Below the pieces are notes generated by a model. That model did not search any database. It was not told the DNA's origin and worked only from the letters and a program-made list of their open reading frames with translations. A program made the translations under genes and the position numbers. A stretch of 64,000 nucleotides of DNA, from the NCBI RefSeq assembly GCF_009914755.1, contig NC_060933.1. One strand, written 5' to 3'. Of the stretch, positions 1-13,259 are shown piece after piece; position 1 is the stretch's first letter; each line of letters opens with the position of its first letter. This DNA comes from the human T2T-CHM13v2.0 reference genome, Homo sapiens.

Positions 1-1145
1 GGACTGGAATGGAATGGAATGGAATGGAATCAACTCGATTGTAATGGAATGGAATGGAATGGAATGGAATGGAATGGAATGGAATTAACCCGAATACAAT
101 GGAATGGAATGGAATGGAACGGAATGGAGTGGAATGGAATGGAATCATCCCGAGTGCAGGGGAATGGAATGGAATGGAATGCAATGGAATGGAATCACCC
201 GGAATGGAATGGAATGGAATGGAATGCAAAGCAATGGAATCAACTCGAATGCAATGGAATGGAATGGAATGGAAAGGAATACATTGGAATCAACGCGAGT
301 GGAATGGAATGGAAAGGACTGGATTGGAGTGGAATGGAATGGAATGGAATGGAATGGAATCAACTCGATTGGAATGGAATGGAATGGAATGGAATGGAAT
401 TAACCCGAATAGAATGGAATGGAATGGAATGGAACGGAATGGAACGGAATGGAATGGAATGGAATGGAATGGAATGCAATGGAATGGAATCAACCCGAGT
501 ACAATGGAATGGAATGGAATGGAATGGAATGGAATGGAATGGAATGGAATGATACGGAATGGAATGGAATGGAACGAAATGGAATGGAATGGAATGGAAT
601 GGAATGGAATGGAATGGAATGGAATGGAATGGAATCGTTCCGAGTGGAATAGGAGGGAATGTATTCGAGTGGAATGGAAAGGAATGGAATCAACCAGAGT
701 GGAATGGAAGGGAATGGAATGGAATGGAAACTAATAGAATGGAATCAACCCGAGTGGAATGGAATGGAAAGGACTGGAATGGAATGGAATGGAATGGAAT
801 CAACTCGATTGTAATGGAATGGAATGGAATGGAATGGAATGGAATGGAATGGAATTAAACCGAATACAATGGAATGGAATGGAATGGAACGCAATGGAGT
901 GGAATGGAATGGAATCAACCCGAGTGCAGGGGAATGGAATGGAATGCAATGCAATGGAATGGAATCATCCGGAATGGAATGGAATGGAATGGAATGCAAA
1001 GCAATCGAATCAACTCGATTGCAATGGAATGGAATGGAATGGAAAGGAATACATTGGAATCAACCCGAGAGGAATGGAATGGAAAGGACTGGAATGGAGT
1101 GGAATGGAATGGAATGGAATGGAATGGAATGGAATGGAATGGAAT
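1..1145 (+). repeat. Local direct repeat at 770-bp offset (1-~365 vs 771-~1145)
   Basis: GGACTGGAAT...CAACTCGATTGTAAT at 1 and 771; GCAAAGCAAT at 226 and 996; ACATTGGAAT at 281 and 1051. Confidence 0.8.
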
Positions 1146-1619
1146 CAACTTGATTGGAATGGAATGTAATGGAATGGAATGGAATCAACCCGACTGCAGG
1201 GGAATGGAATGGAATGGAATGCAATGGAATGGATTCAACTTGAATGGAATGGAAAGAATGGAATCAACACGAGTGGAATGGCATGGATTGGAATGGAATG
1301 GAATGCAATCAACCCGAGTACAGGGGAATGGAATGGAATGGAATGCAATGGAATGGAATCATCCGTAATGGAATGGAAAGGAATGGAATGGAATGGAATG
1401 GAATGGAATGGAATCGACTCGATTGCAATCGAATGGAATGGAATGGAATTAACCCGAATAGAATGGAATGGAATGGAATGGAACGGAACGGAACGGAATG
1501 GAATGGAATGGAATGGAATGGAATGGAACGGAAAGGAATGGAATGGAATGGAATGGAATGGAATGGAATGGAATTAACGCGATTGCAGGGGAATGGAATG
1601 GAATGGAATGCAATGGAAT

Positions 1620-1634
1620 GGAATCTTCCGGAAT
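1620..1634. promoter_or_regulatory. Consensus heat-shock element nGAAnnTTCnnGAAn (representative of ~24 copies)
   Basis: GGAATCTTCCGGAAT is three alternating nGAAn pentamers, the canonical HSF1 trimer site. Also starts at 3062, 3701, 4785, 6431, 7259, 8063, 9247, 10888, 11716, 13359, 13459, 14477, 14622, 14722, 15750, 34823, 36721, 37699, 52723, 57557, 58635, 60488 and 61311. The motif match is direct; binding is not shown. Confidence 0.55.
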
Positions 1635-3460
1635 GGAATGGAATTGAATGGAATGGAATGGAATGGAATGGAATCAACCCGAGTGCAATGGAATGGAGTG
1701 GATTGGAATGGAATGGAATGGAACAACCCGAATGGAATGGAATGTAATGGAGACTAAGGGAGTTGAATAGAATCAAACCGAATATAATGGAATGGAATGG
1801 AACGGAATGGAATTGAATGGAATGGAATGGAATGCAATGGAATCGAATCAACCCGAGTACAATGGAACGGAATGGAATGGAATGTAATGGAATGGAATGG
1901 AATGGAATGTAATGGAATGGAATGGAATGGAATGGAATGCAATGGAATGGAATCAACCCGAGTACAATGGAATGGAATGGAATGGAATGGAATGGAATGG
2001 AATGGAATGGAATGGAATGGAATGCAATGGAATGGAATCAACCCGAGTGCAATCGAAAGGTATCGAATGGAATGGAATGCAATGGAATGGAATCAACTTG
2101 AATGGAATGGAAAGAATGGAATCAACACGAGTGGAATGGCATGGATTGGAATGGAATGGAATGGAATCAACCCGAGTACAGGGGAATGGAATGGAATGGA
2201 ATGCAATGGAATGGAATCATCCGTAATGGAATGGAAAGGAATGGAATGGAATGGAATGGAATGGAATCAACTCGATTGCAATCGAATGGAATGGAATGGA
2301 ATTAACCCGAATAGAATGGAATGGAATGGAATGGAACGGAACGGAATGGAATGGAATGGAATGGAATGGAACGGAACGGAATGGAATGGAATGGAATGGA
2401 ATGGAATGGAATAAACGCGAGTGCAGGGGAATGGAATGGAATGGAATGCAATGGAATGGAATCTTTCGGAATGGAATGGAATGGAATGGAATGGAATGAA
2501 ATGCAATGGATTCAACTCGATAGCAATGGAATGTAATAGAATGGAATGGAATGTAAAGGAATGGAATTAATCCGAATAGAATGGAATGGAATGGAATGGA
2601 ACGGAACGGAACGGAATGGAATGGAATGGAATGGAATGGAATGGAATGGTATGGAATGGAATGGAATGGTACGGAATAGAATGGAATGGAACGAATTGTA
2701 ATGGAATGGAATTGAATGGAATGGAATGGAATGGAATGGAATCAACGCGAGTGCAGGGGAATGTAATGGAACGGAATGCAATGGAATGGAATCATCCGGA
2801 ATGGAATGGAATGGAATGGAATGGAATGGAATCAACCCGAGTGCAATGGAATGGAGTGGAATGGAATGGAATGGAATGGAACAACCCCAATGGAATGCAA
2901 TGTAATGGAGAGTAAAGGAGTTGAATAGAATCAATCCGAATGTAATGGAATGGAATGCAACGGAATGGAATGGAATGGAATGGAATGGAATGCAATGGAA
3001 TGGAATGGAATGGAATCAACGCGAGTGCAGGGGAATGGAATGTAATGGAATGCAATGGAATGGAATCTTCCGGAATGGAATGGGATGGAATGGAATGGAA
3101 TCAACCCGAGTGCAATGGAATGGAGTGGAATGGACTGGAATGGAATGGAACAACCCGAATGGAATCGAATGTAATGGAGAGTAAGGGAGTTGAATTGAAT
3201 CAATCCGAATGTAATGGAATGGAATGGAACGGAATGGAATTGAATGGAATGGAATGGAATGCAATGGAATGGAATCAACCCGAGTGCAATGGAATGGAGA
3301 GGAATGGAATGGAATGGAGTGGAAACTACCCGAATGGAATGGAATGTAATGGAGTGTAAGGGAATTGAATACAATCAATCCGAATATAATGGAAAGGAAT
3401 GGAACTGAATGGAATGGAATGGAATGGAATGGAATGGAATGGAATGCAATGGAATGGAAT

Positions 3461-6400
3461 CAACACGAGTGCAATCGAATGGAATCGAATGGAATGGAAT
3501 GCAATGGAATGGAATCATCTCGATTGCAATCGAATGGAATGGAATGGAATTAACCCGAATAGAATGGAATGGAATGGAATGGAAAGGAACGGAATGGAAT
3601 GGAATGGAATGGAATGGAACGGAACGGAATGGAATGGAATGGAATGGAAATGAATCAACGCAAGTGCAGGGGAATGGAATGGAATGGAATGCAATGGAAT
3701 GGAATCTTCCGGAATGGAATGGAATGGAATGGAATGGAATGAAATGCAATGGATTCAACTCGATTTCAATGGAATGCAATAGAATGGAATTGAATGGAAT
3801 GGAATGGAATTAACCCGAATAGAATGGAATGGAATGCAATGGAACTGAATGGAACGGAATGGAATGGAATGGAATGGAATGGAATCATCGCGAGTGCAGG
3901 GGAATGTAATGGAACGGAATGCAATGGAATGGAATCATCCGGAATGGAATGGAATGGAATGGAATGGAATGGAATGGAATGGAATCAACCCGAGTGCAAT
4001 GGAATGGAGTGGAATGGAATGGAATGGAATGGAATGGAACAACCCGAATGGAAAGGAATGGAATGCAGAGTAAGGGAGTTGAATAGAATCAATCCGAATG
4101 TAATGGAATGGAATGCAACGGAATGGAATTGAATGGAATGGAATGGAATGCAAGGGAATGCAATCAACCCGAGTACAATGGAATGGAATGGAATGGAATG
4201 GAATGGAATGGAATGGAATGGAATGCCTTCAAACCGAATGGAATGGAAAGGAATGGAATCAACACGAGTGGAATGGAATGGAATGGAATGGAATGGAATG
4301 GAATGGAATGATACGGAATAGAATGGAATGGAACGAAATGGAATGCAATGGAATGGAATGGAATGGAATGGAATGGAATGGAATGGAATGGAATCGTTCC
4401 GAGTGGAATAGGAGGGAATGTATTCGAGTGGAATGGAAAGGAATGGAATGGAATGGAAAGGAATACATTGGAATCAACCCGAGTGGAATGGCATGGAAAG
4501 GACTGTAATGGAGTGGAATGGAATGGAATGGAATGGAATGGAATGGAATCAACTCGACTGGAATGGAATGGAATGGAATGGAATAGAATGGAATTAACCC
4601 GAATAGAATGGAATGGAATGGAATGGAACGGAATGGAACGGAATGGAATGGAATGGAATGGAATGGAAAGGAATGGAATGGAACGGAAAGGAATGGAATG
4701 GAATGGAATGGAACGGAATGGAATGGAATGGAATGGAATCAACGCGAGTGCAGGGGAATGGAATGGAATGGAATGCAATGGAATGGAATCTTCCGGAATG
4801 GAATGGATTTGAATGGAATGGAATGGAATGGAATGGAATAAACCCGAGTGCAATGGAATGGAGTGGAATGGAATGCAATGGAATGGAATCAACCCGAGTG
4901 CAATCGAATGGAATCGAATGGAATGGAATGCAATGGAATGGATTCAACTTGAATGGAATGGAAAGAATGGAATCAACACGACTGGAAAGGCATGGATTGG
5001 AATGCAATGGAATGGAATCAACCCGAGTACAGGGGAATGGAATGGAATGGAATGCAATGGAATGGAATCATCCGTAATGGAATGGAAAGGAATGGAATGG
5101 AATGGAATGGAATGGAATGGAATGGAATCAACACGATTGCAATCGAATGGAATGGAATCAATTAACCCGAATAGAATGGAATGGAATGGAATGGAACAGA
5201 ACGGAATGGAATGGAATGGAATGGAATGGAACGGAACAGAAAGGAATGGAATGGAATGGAATGGAATGGAATGGAATGGAATGGAATGGAATCAACGCGA
5301 GTGCAGGGGAATGAAATGGAATGGAATCATCCGGAATGGAATGGAATGGAATGGAATGGAATGGAATCAACCCGAGTGCAATGGAATGGAGTGGAATGGA
5401 ATGGAATGGAATGGAACAACCCGAATGGAATGGAATGAAATGGAGAGTAAGGGAGTTGAATAGAATCAATCCGAACGTAATGGAATGGAATGCAGCGGAA
5501 TGGAATGGAATGGAATGGAATGCAATGGAATGGAATCAACCCGAGTACAATGGAATGGAATGGAATGGAATGGAATGGAATGGAATGGAATGGAATCGAT
5601 TGGAATACCTTCAAACCGAATGGAATGGAATGGAATGGAACGGAATGTAATGTAATGGAATGGAATGGAAAAAACCCGAGTGCAGGGGAATGGAATGGAA
5701 TGGAATGCAATGGAGTGGAATCATCCGGAATGGAATGGAATGGAATGCAATGGAATGGAATGGAATGGAATGGAATGGAATGGAATGGAATCAACCCGAG
5801 TGCAATGGAATGGAGTGAAATGGAATGGAATGGAATGGAGACAACCAGAATGGATTGGAATATAATGGAGTGTAAGGGAATTGAATAGAATCAATCTGAA
5901 TGTAATGAAATGGAATGGAACGGAATGGAATGGAATGTAATGTAATGGAATGGAATGCAATGGAATGGAATCAACCCGAGTGCAATCGAATGGAATCGAA
6001 TGGAATGGAATGCAATGGAATGGATTCAACTTGAATGGAATGGAAAGAATGGAATCAACACGAGTGGAATGGCATGGATTGGAATGGAATGGAATGGAAT
6101 CAACCCGAGTATAGGGGAATGGAATGGTATGGAATGCAATGGAGTGGAATAATCCGTAATGGAATGGAAAGGAATTGAATGGAATGGAATGGAATGGAAT
6201 GGAATGGAATGGAATCAACTCGATTGCAATCGAATGGAATGGAATGGAATTAACCCGAATAGAATGGAATGGAATGGAATGGAACGGAACGGAACGGAAT
6301 GGAATGGATTGGAATGGAATGGAATGGAACGGAAAGGAATGGAATGGAATGGAATGGAATGGAATGGAATGGAATGGAATGGAATCAACGCGAGTGCAGG

Positions 6401-9400
6401 GGAATGGAAAGGAATGGAATGCAATGGAATGGAATCTTCCGGAATGGAATGGAATGGAATGGAATGGAATGGAATGGAATAAACCCGAGTGCAATGGAAT
6501 GGAGTGGAATGGAATGGAATGGAATGGAACAACACGAATGGAATGGAATATAATGGAGAGTAAGGGAGTTGAATAGAATCAATCCGAATGTAATGGAATG
6601 GAATGGAACGGAATGGAATTGAATGGAATGGAATGGAATGGAATGGAATGGAATGGAATCAACCCGAGTGCAATGGAATGGAGAGGAATGGAATAGAATG
6701 CAATGGAAACTACCCGAATGGAATGGAATGTAATGGAGTGTAAGGCAATTGAATAGAATCAATCCGAATGTAATGGAATGGAATGTAATGGAATGGAATG
6801 GAATGGAATGGAATGGAATGGAATGGAAGGCAATGGAATGGAATCAACCCGAGGGCAATCGAATGGAATGGAATGCAATGGAATGGATTCAACTTGAATG
6901 GAATGGAAAGAATGCAATCAACACGAGTGGAATGGCATGGATTGGAATGGAATGGAATGGAATCAACCCGAGTACAGGGGAATGGAATGGAATGGAATGC
7001 AATGGCATGGAATCATCCGTAATGGAATGGAAAGGAATGGAATGGAATGGAATGGAATGGAATGGAATGGAATGGAATCAACTCGATTGCAATCGAATGG
7101 AATGGAATGGAATTAACCCGAATAGAATGGAATGGAATGGAATGGAACGGAACGGAATGGAAAGGAATGGAATGGAACGGAACGGAATGGAATGGAATGG
7201 AATGGAATGGAATCAACGCGAGTGCAGGGGAATGGAATGGAATGGAATGCAATGGAATGGAAACTTCCGGAATGGAATGGAATGGAATGGAATGAAATGC
7301 AATGGATTCAACTCGATTGCAATGGAATGGAATAGAATGGAATGGAATGGCATGAAATGGAATTAATCCGAATAGAATGGAATGGTATGGAAAGGAATGG
7401 AATGGTACGGAATAGAATGGAATGGAACGAATTGTAATTGAATGGAATTGAATGGAATGGAATGGAATGGAATGGAATCAACGCGAGAGCAGGGGAATGT
7501 AATGGAACGGAATGCAATGGAATGGAATCATCCGGAATGGAATGGAATGGAATGGAATGGAATGGAATGGAATCAACCGGAGTGCAATGGAATGGAGTGG
7601 AATGGAATGGAATGGAATAGAACAACCCGAATGGAATGGAATGTAATGGAGAGTAAGGGAGTTGAATAGAATCAATCCGAATGTAATGGAATGGAATGCA
7701 ACGGAATGGAATGGAATGGAATGGAATGGAATGGAATGCAATGGAATGGAATCAACCCGAGTACAATGTAATGGAATGGAATGGAATGGAATGGAATGGA
7801 ATGGAATGGAATGGAATGGAATCAACCCGAGTGCAATCGAATGGAATCGAATGGAATGGAATGCAATGGAATGGAATCAACTCGATTGCAATCGAATGGA
7901 ATGGAATGGAATTAACCCGAATAGAATGGAATGGAATGGAATGGAAAGGAACGGAATGGAATGGAATGGAATGGAATGGAACGGAACGGAATGGAATGGA
8001 ATGGAATGGAAAGGAATCAACGCAAGTGCAGGGGAATGGAATGGAATGGAATGCAATGGAATGGAATCTTCCGGAATGGAATGGAATGGAATGGAATGGA
8101 ATGAAATGCAATGGATTCAACTCGATTGCAATGGAATGGAATAGAATGGAATTGAATGGAATGGAATGGAATTAACCCGAATAGAATGGAATGCAATGCA
8201 ATGGAACTGAATGGAACGGAATGGAATGGAATGGAATGGAATGGAATCATCGCGAGTGCAGGGGAATGTAATGGAACGGAATGCAATGGAATGGAATCAT
8301 CCGGAATGGAATGGAATGGAATGGAATGGAATGGAATGGAATGGAATCAACCCGAGTGCAATGGAATGGAGTGGAATGGAATGGAATGGAATGGAATGGA
8401 ATGGAACAACCCGAATGGAATGGAATGGAATGCAGAGTAAGGGAGTTGAATAGAATCAATCCGAATGTAATGGAATGGAATGCAACGGAATGGAATTGAA
8501 TGGAATGGAATGGAATGCAAGGGAATGCAATCAACCCGAGTACAATGGAATGGAATGGAATGGAATGGAATGGAATGGAATGGAATGGAATGGAATGGAA
8601 TGCCTTCAAACCGAATGGAATGGAAAGGAATGGAATCAACACGAGTGGAATGGAATGGAATGGAATGGAATGGAATGGAATGGAATGGAATGATACGGAA
8701 TAGAATGGAATGGAACGAAATGGAATGGAATGGAATGGAATGGAATGGAATGGAATGGAATGGAATGGAATGGAATCGTTCCGAGTGGAATAGGAGGGAA
8801 TGTATTCGAGTGGAATGGAAAGGAATGGAATGGAATGGAAAGGAATACATTGGAATCAACCCGAGTGGAATATGAGGGAATGTATTCGAGTGGAATGGAA
8901 AGGAATGGAATGGAATGGAAAGGAATACATTGGAATCAACCCGAGTGGAATGGAATGGAAAGGACTGTAATGGAGTGGAATGGAATGGAATGGAATGGAA
9001 TGGAATGGAATCAACTCGACTGGAATGGAATGGAATGGAATGGAATAGAATGGAATTAACCCGAATAGAATGGAATGGAATGGAATGGAACGGAATGGAA
9101 CGGAATGGAATGGAATGGAATGGAATGGAAAGGAATGGAATGGAACGGAAAGGAATGGAATGGAATGGAATGGAACGGAATGGAATGGAATGGAATGGAA
9201 TCAACGCGAGTGCAGGGGAATGGAATGGAATGGAATGCAATGGAATGGAATCTTCCGGAATGGAATGCATTTGAATGGAATGGAATGGAATGGAATGGAA
9301 TAAACCCGAGTGCAATGGAATGGAGTGGAATGGAATGCAATGGAATGGAATCAACCCGAGTGCAATCGAATGGAATCGAATGGAATGGAATGCAATGGAA

Positions 9401-12280
9401 TGGATTCAACTTGAATGGAATGGAAAGAATGGAATCAACACGACTGGAAAGGCATGGATTGGAATGCAATGGAATGGAATCAACCCGAGTACAGGGGAAT
9501 GGAATGGAATGGAATGCAATGGAATGGAATCATCCGTAATGGAATGGAAAGGAATGGAATGGAATGAAATGGAATGGAATGGAATGGAATGGAATGGAAT
9601 CAACACGATTGCAATCGAATGGAATGGAATCAATTAACCCGAATAGAATGGAATGGAATGGAATGGAACAGAACGGAATGGAATGGAATGGAATGGAATG
9701 GAACGGAACAGAACGGAATGGAATGGAATGGAATGGAATGGAATGGAATGGAATGGAATGGAATCAACGCGAGTGCAGGGAAATGAAATGGAATGGAATC
9801 ATCCGGAATGGAATGGAATGGAATGGAATGGAATGGAATCAACCCGAGTGCAATGGAATGGAGTGGAATGGAATGGAATGGAATGGAACAACCCGAATGG
9901 AATGGAATGAAATGGAGAGTAAGGGAGTTGAATAGAATCAATCCGAACGTAATGGAATGGAATGCAGCGGAATGGAATGGAATGGAATGGAATGCAATGG
10001 AATGGAATCAACCCGAGTACAATGGAATGGAATGGAATGGAATGGAATGGAATGGAATGGAATCGATTGGAATACCTTCAAACCGAATGGAATGGAATGG
10101 AATGGAACGGAATGTAATGTAATGGAATGGAATGGAAAAAACCCGAGTGCAGGGGAATGGAATGGAATGGAATGCAATGGAGTGGAATCATCCGGAATGG
10201 AATGGAATGGAATGCAATGGAATGGAATGGAATGGAATGGAATGGAATGGAATGGAATCAACCCGAGTGCAATGGAATGGAGTGAAATGGAATGGAATGG
10301 AATGGAGACAACCAGAATGGATTGGAATATAATGGAGTGTAAGGGAATTGAATAGAATCAATCTGAATGTAATGAAATGGAATGGAACGGAATGGAATGG
10401 AATGTAATGGAATGGAATGGAATGCAATGGAATGGAATCAACCCGAGTGCAATCGAATGGAATCGAATGGAATGGAATGCAATGGAATGGATTCAACTTG
10501 AATGGAATGGAAAGAATGGAATCAACACGAGTGGAATGGCATGGATTGGAATGGAATGGAATGGAATCAACCCGAGTATAGGGGAATGGAATGGTATGGA
10601 ATGCAATGGAGTGGAATAATCCGTAATGGAATGGAAAGGAATTGAATGGAATGGAATGGAATGGAATGGAATGGAATGGAATCAACTCGATTGCAATCGA
10701 ATGGAATGGAATGGAATTAACCCGAATAGAATGGAATGGAATGGAATGGAACGGAACGGAACGGAATGGAATGGATTGGAATGGAATGGAATGGAACGGA
10801 AAGGAATGGAATGGAATGGAATGGAATGGAATGGAATGGAATCAACGCGAGTGCAGGGGAATGGAAAGGAATGGAATGCAATGGAATGGAATCTTCCGGA
10901 ATGGAATGGAATGGAATGGAATGGAATGGAATAAACCCGAGTGCAATGGAATGGAGTGGAATGGAATGGAATGGAATGGAACAACACGAATGGAATGGAA
11001 TGTAATGGAGAGTAAGGGAGTTGAATAGAATCAATCCGAATGTAATGGAATGGAATGGAACGGAATGGAATTGAATGGAATGGAATGGAATGGAATGGAA
11101 TGGAATGGAATCAACCCGAGTGCAATGGAATGGAGAGGAATGGAATAGAATGGAATGGAAACTACCCGAATGGAATGGAATGTAATGGAGTGTAAGGCAA
11201 TTGAATAGAATCAATCCGAATGTAATGGAATGGAATGTAATGGAATGGAATGGAATGGAATGGAATGGAATGGAATGGAAGGCAATGGAATGGAATCAAC
11301 CCGAGGGCAATCGAATGGAATGGAATGCAATGGAATGGATTCAACTTGAATGGAATGGAAAGAATACAATCAACACGAGTGGAATGGCATGGATTGGAAT
11401 GGAATGGAATGGAATCAACCCGAGTACAGGGGAATGGAATGGAATGGAATGCAATGGCATGGAATCATCCGTAATGGAATGGAAAGGAATGGAATGGAAT
11501 GGAATGGAATGGAATGGAATGGAATGGAATGGAATCAACTCGATTGCAATCGAATGGAATGGAATGGAATTAACCCGAATAGAATGGAATGGAATGGAAT
11601 GGAACGGAACGGAATGGAATGGAATGGAATGGAACGGAACGGAATGGAATGGAATGGAATGGAATGGAATCAACGCGAGTGCAGGGGAATGGAATGGAAT
11701 GGAATGCAATGGAATGGAAACTTCCGGAATGGAATGGAATGGAATGGAATGAAATGCAATGGATTCAACTCGATTGCAATGGAATGGAATAGAATGGAAT
11801 GGAATGGCATGGAATGGAATTAATCCGAATAGAATGGAATGGTATGGAAAGGAATGGAATGGTACGGAATAGAATGGAATGGAACGAATTGTAATGGAAT
11901 GGAATTGAATGGAATGGAATGGAATGGAATGGAATCAACGCGAGAGCAGGGGAATGTAATGGAACGGAATGCAATGGAATGGAATCATCCGGAATGGAAT
12001 GGAATGGAATGGAATGGAATGGAATGGAATCAACCGGAGTGCAATGGAATGGAGTGGAATGGAATGGAATGGAATAGAACAACCCGAATGGAATGGAATG
12101 TAATGGAGAGTAAGGGAGTTGAATAGAATCAATCCGAATGTAATGGAATGGAATGCAACGGAATGGAATGGAATGGAATGGAATGGAATGGAATGCAATG
12201 GAATGGAATCAACCCGAGTACAATGTAATGGAATGGAATGGAATGGAATGGAATGGAATGGAATGGAATGGAATGGAATG
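3461..12280 (+). repeat. Recent tandem duplication of ~4.4 kb (3461-7822 / 7823-~12280)
   Basis: Rare variants recur in the same order: CGCAAGTGC 3659/8021, CATCGCGAG 3886/8248, CCGAACGTAA 5471/9943, GAGGGCAATC 6851/11303, CGAGAGCAGG 7484/11941, GTACAATGTA 7761/12218. Offsets are 4362-4472. Confidence 0.92.
8781..8940 (+). repeat. 80-bp tandem duplication private to the second 4.4-kb copy
   Basis: 8781-8860 and 8861-8940 are identical except TAGG vs TATG. The unit is single-copy at the paralogous site ~4399-4478. Confidence 0.9.
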
Positions 12281-13259
12281 GAATGATACGGAATAGAATG
12301 GAATGGAACGAAATGGAATGGAATGGAATGGAATGGAATGGAATGGAATGGAATCGTTCCGAGTGGAATAGGAGGGAATGTATTCGAGTGGAATGAAAAT
12401 GAATGGAATCAACCAGAGTGGAATGGAAGGGAATGGAATGGAATGGAAACTAATAGAATGGAATCAACCCGAGTGGAATGGAATGGAAAGGACTGGAATG
12501 GAATGGAATGGAATGGAATCAACTCGATTGTAATGGAATGGAATGGAATGGAATGGAATGGAATGGAATGGAATGGAATGGAATTAACCCGAATACAATG
12601 GAATGGAATGGAATGGAATGGAATGGAGTGGAATGGAATGGAATCAACCCGAGTGCAGGAGAATGGAATGGAATGGAATGCAATGGAATGGAATCATCCG
12701 GAATGGAATGGAATGGAATGGAATGCAAAGCAATGGAATCAACTCGATTGCAATGGAATGGACTGGAATGGAAGGGAATAACTTGGAATCAACCCGAGTG
12801 GAATGGAATGGAAAGGACTGGAATGGAGTGGAATGGAATGGAATGGAATGGAATGGAATGGAATCAACTTGATTGGAATGGAATGGAATGGAATGGTATG
12901 GAATGGAATGGAATCAACCCGACTGCAGGGGAATGGAATGGAATGGAATGCAATGGAATGGATTCAACTTGAATGGAATGGAAAGAATGGAATCAACACG
13001 AGTGGAATGGCATGGATTGGAATGGAATGGAATGGAATCAACCCGAGTACAGGGGAATGGAATGGTATGGAATGCAATGGAATGGAATCATCCGTAATGG
13101 AATGGAAAGGAAAGGAATGGAATGGAATGGAATGGAATGGAATGGAATGGAATCAACTCGATTGCAATCGAGTGGAATGGAATGGAATTAACCGGAATAG
13201 AATGGAATGGAATGGAATGGAACGGAACGGAACGGAATGGAATGGAATGAAATGGAATG

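Noticed and set aside
156-165. GCAGGGGAAT G-tracts as G-quadruplex motifs
   Set aside because: The G4 tracts are isolated and usually more than 100 bp apart. The intervening GG doublets do not meet the canonical G3+ four-tract pattern.
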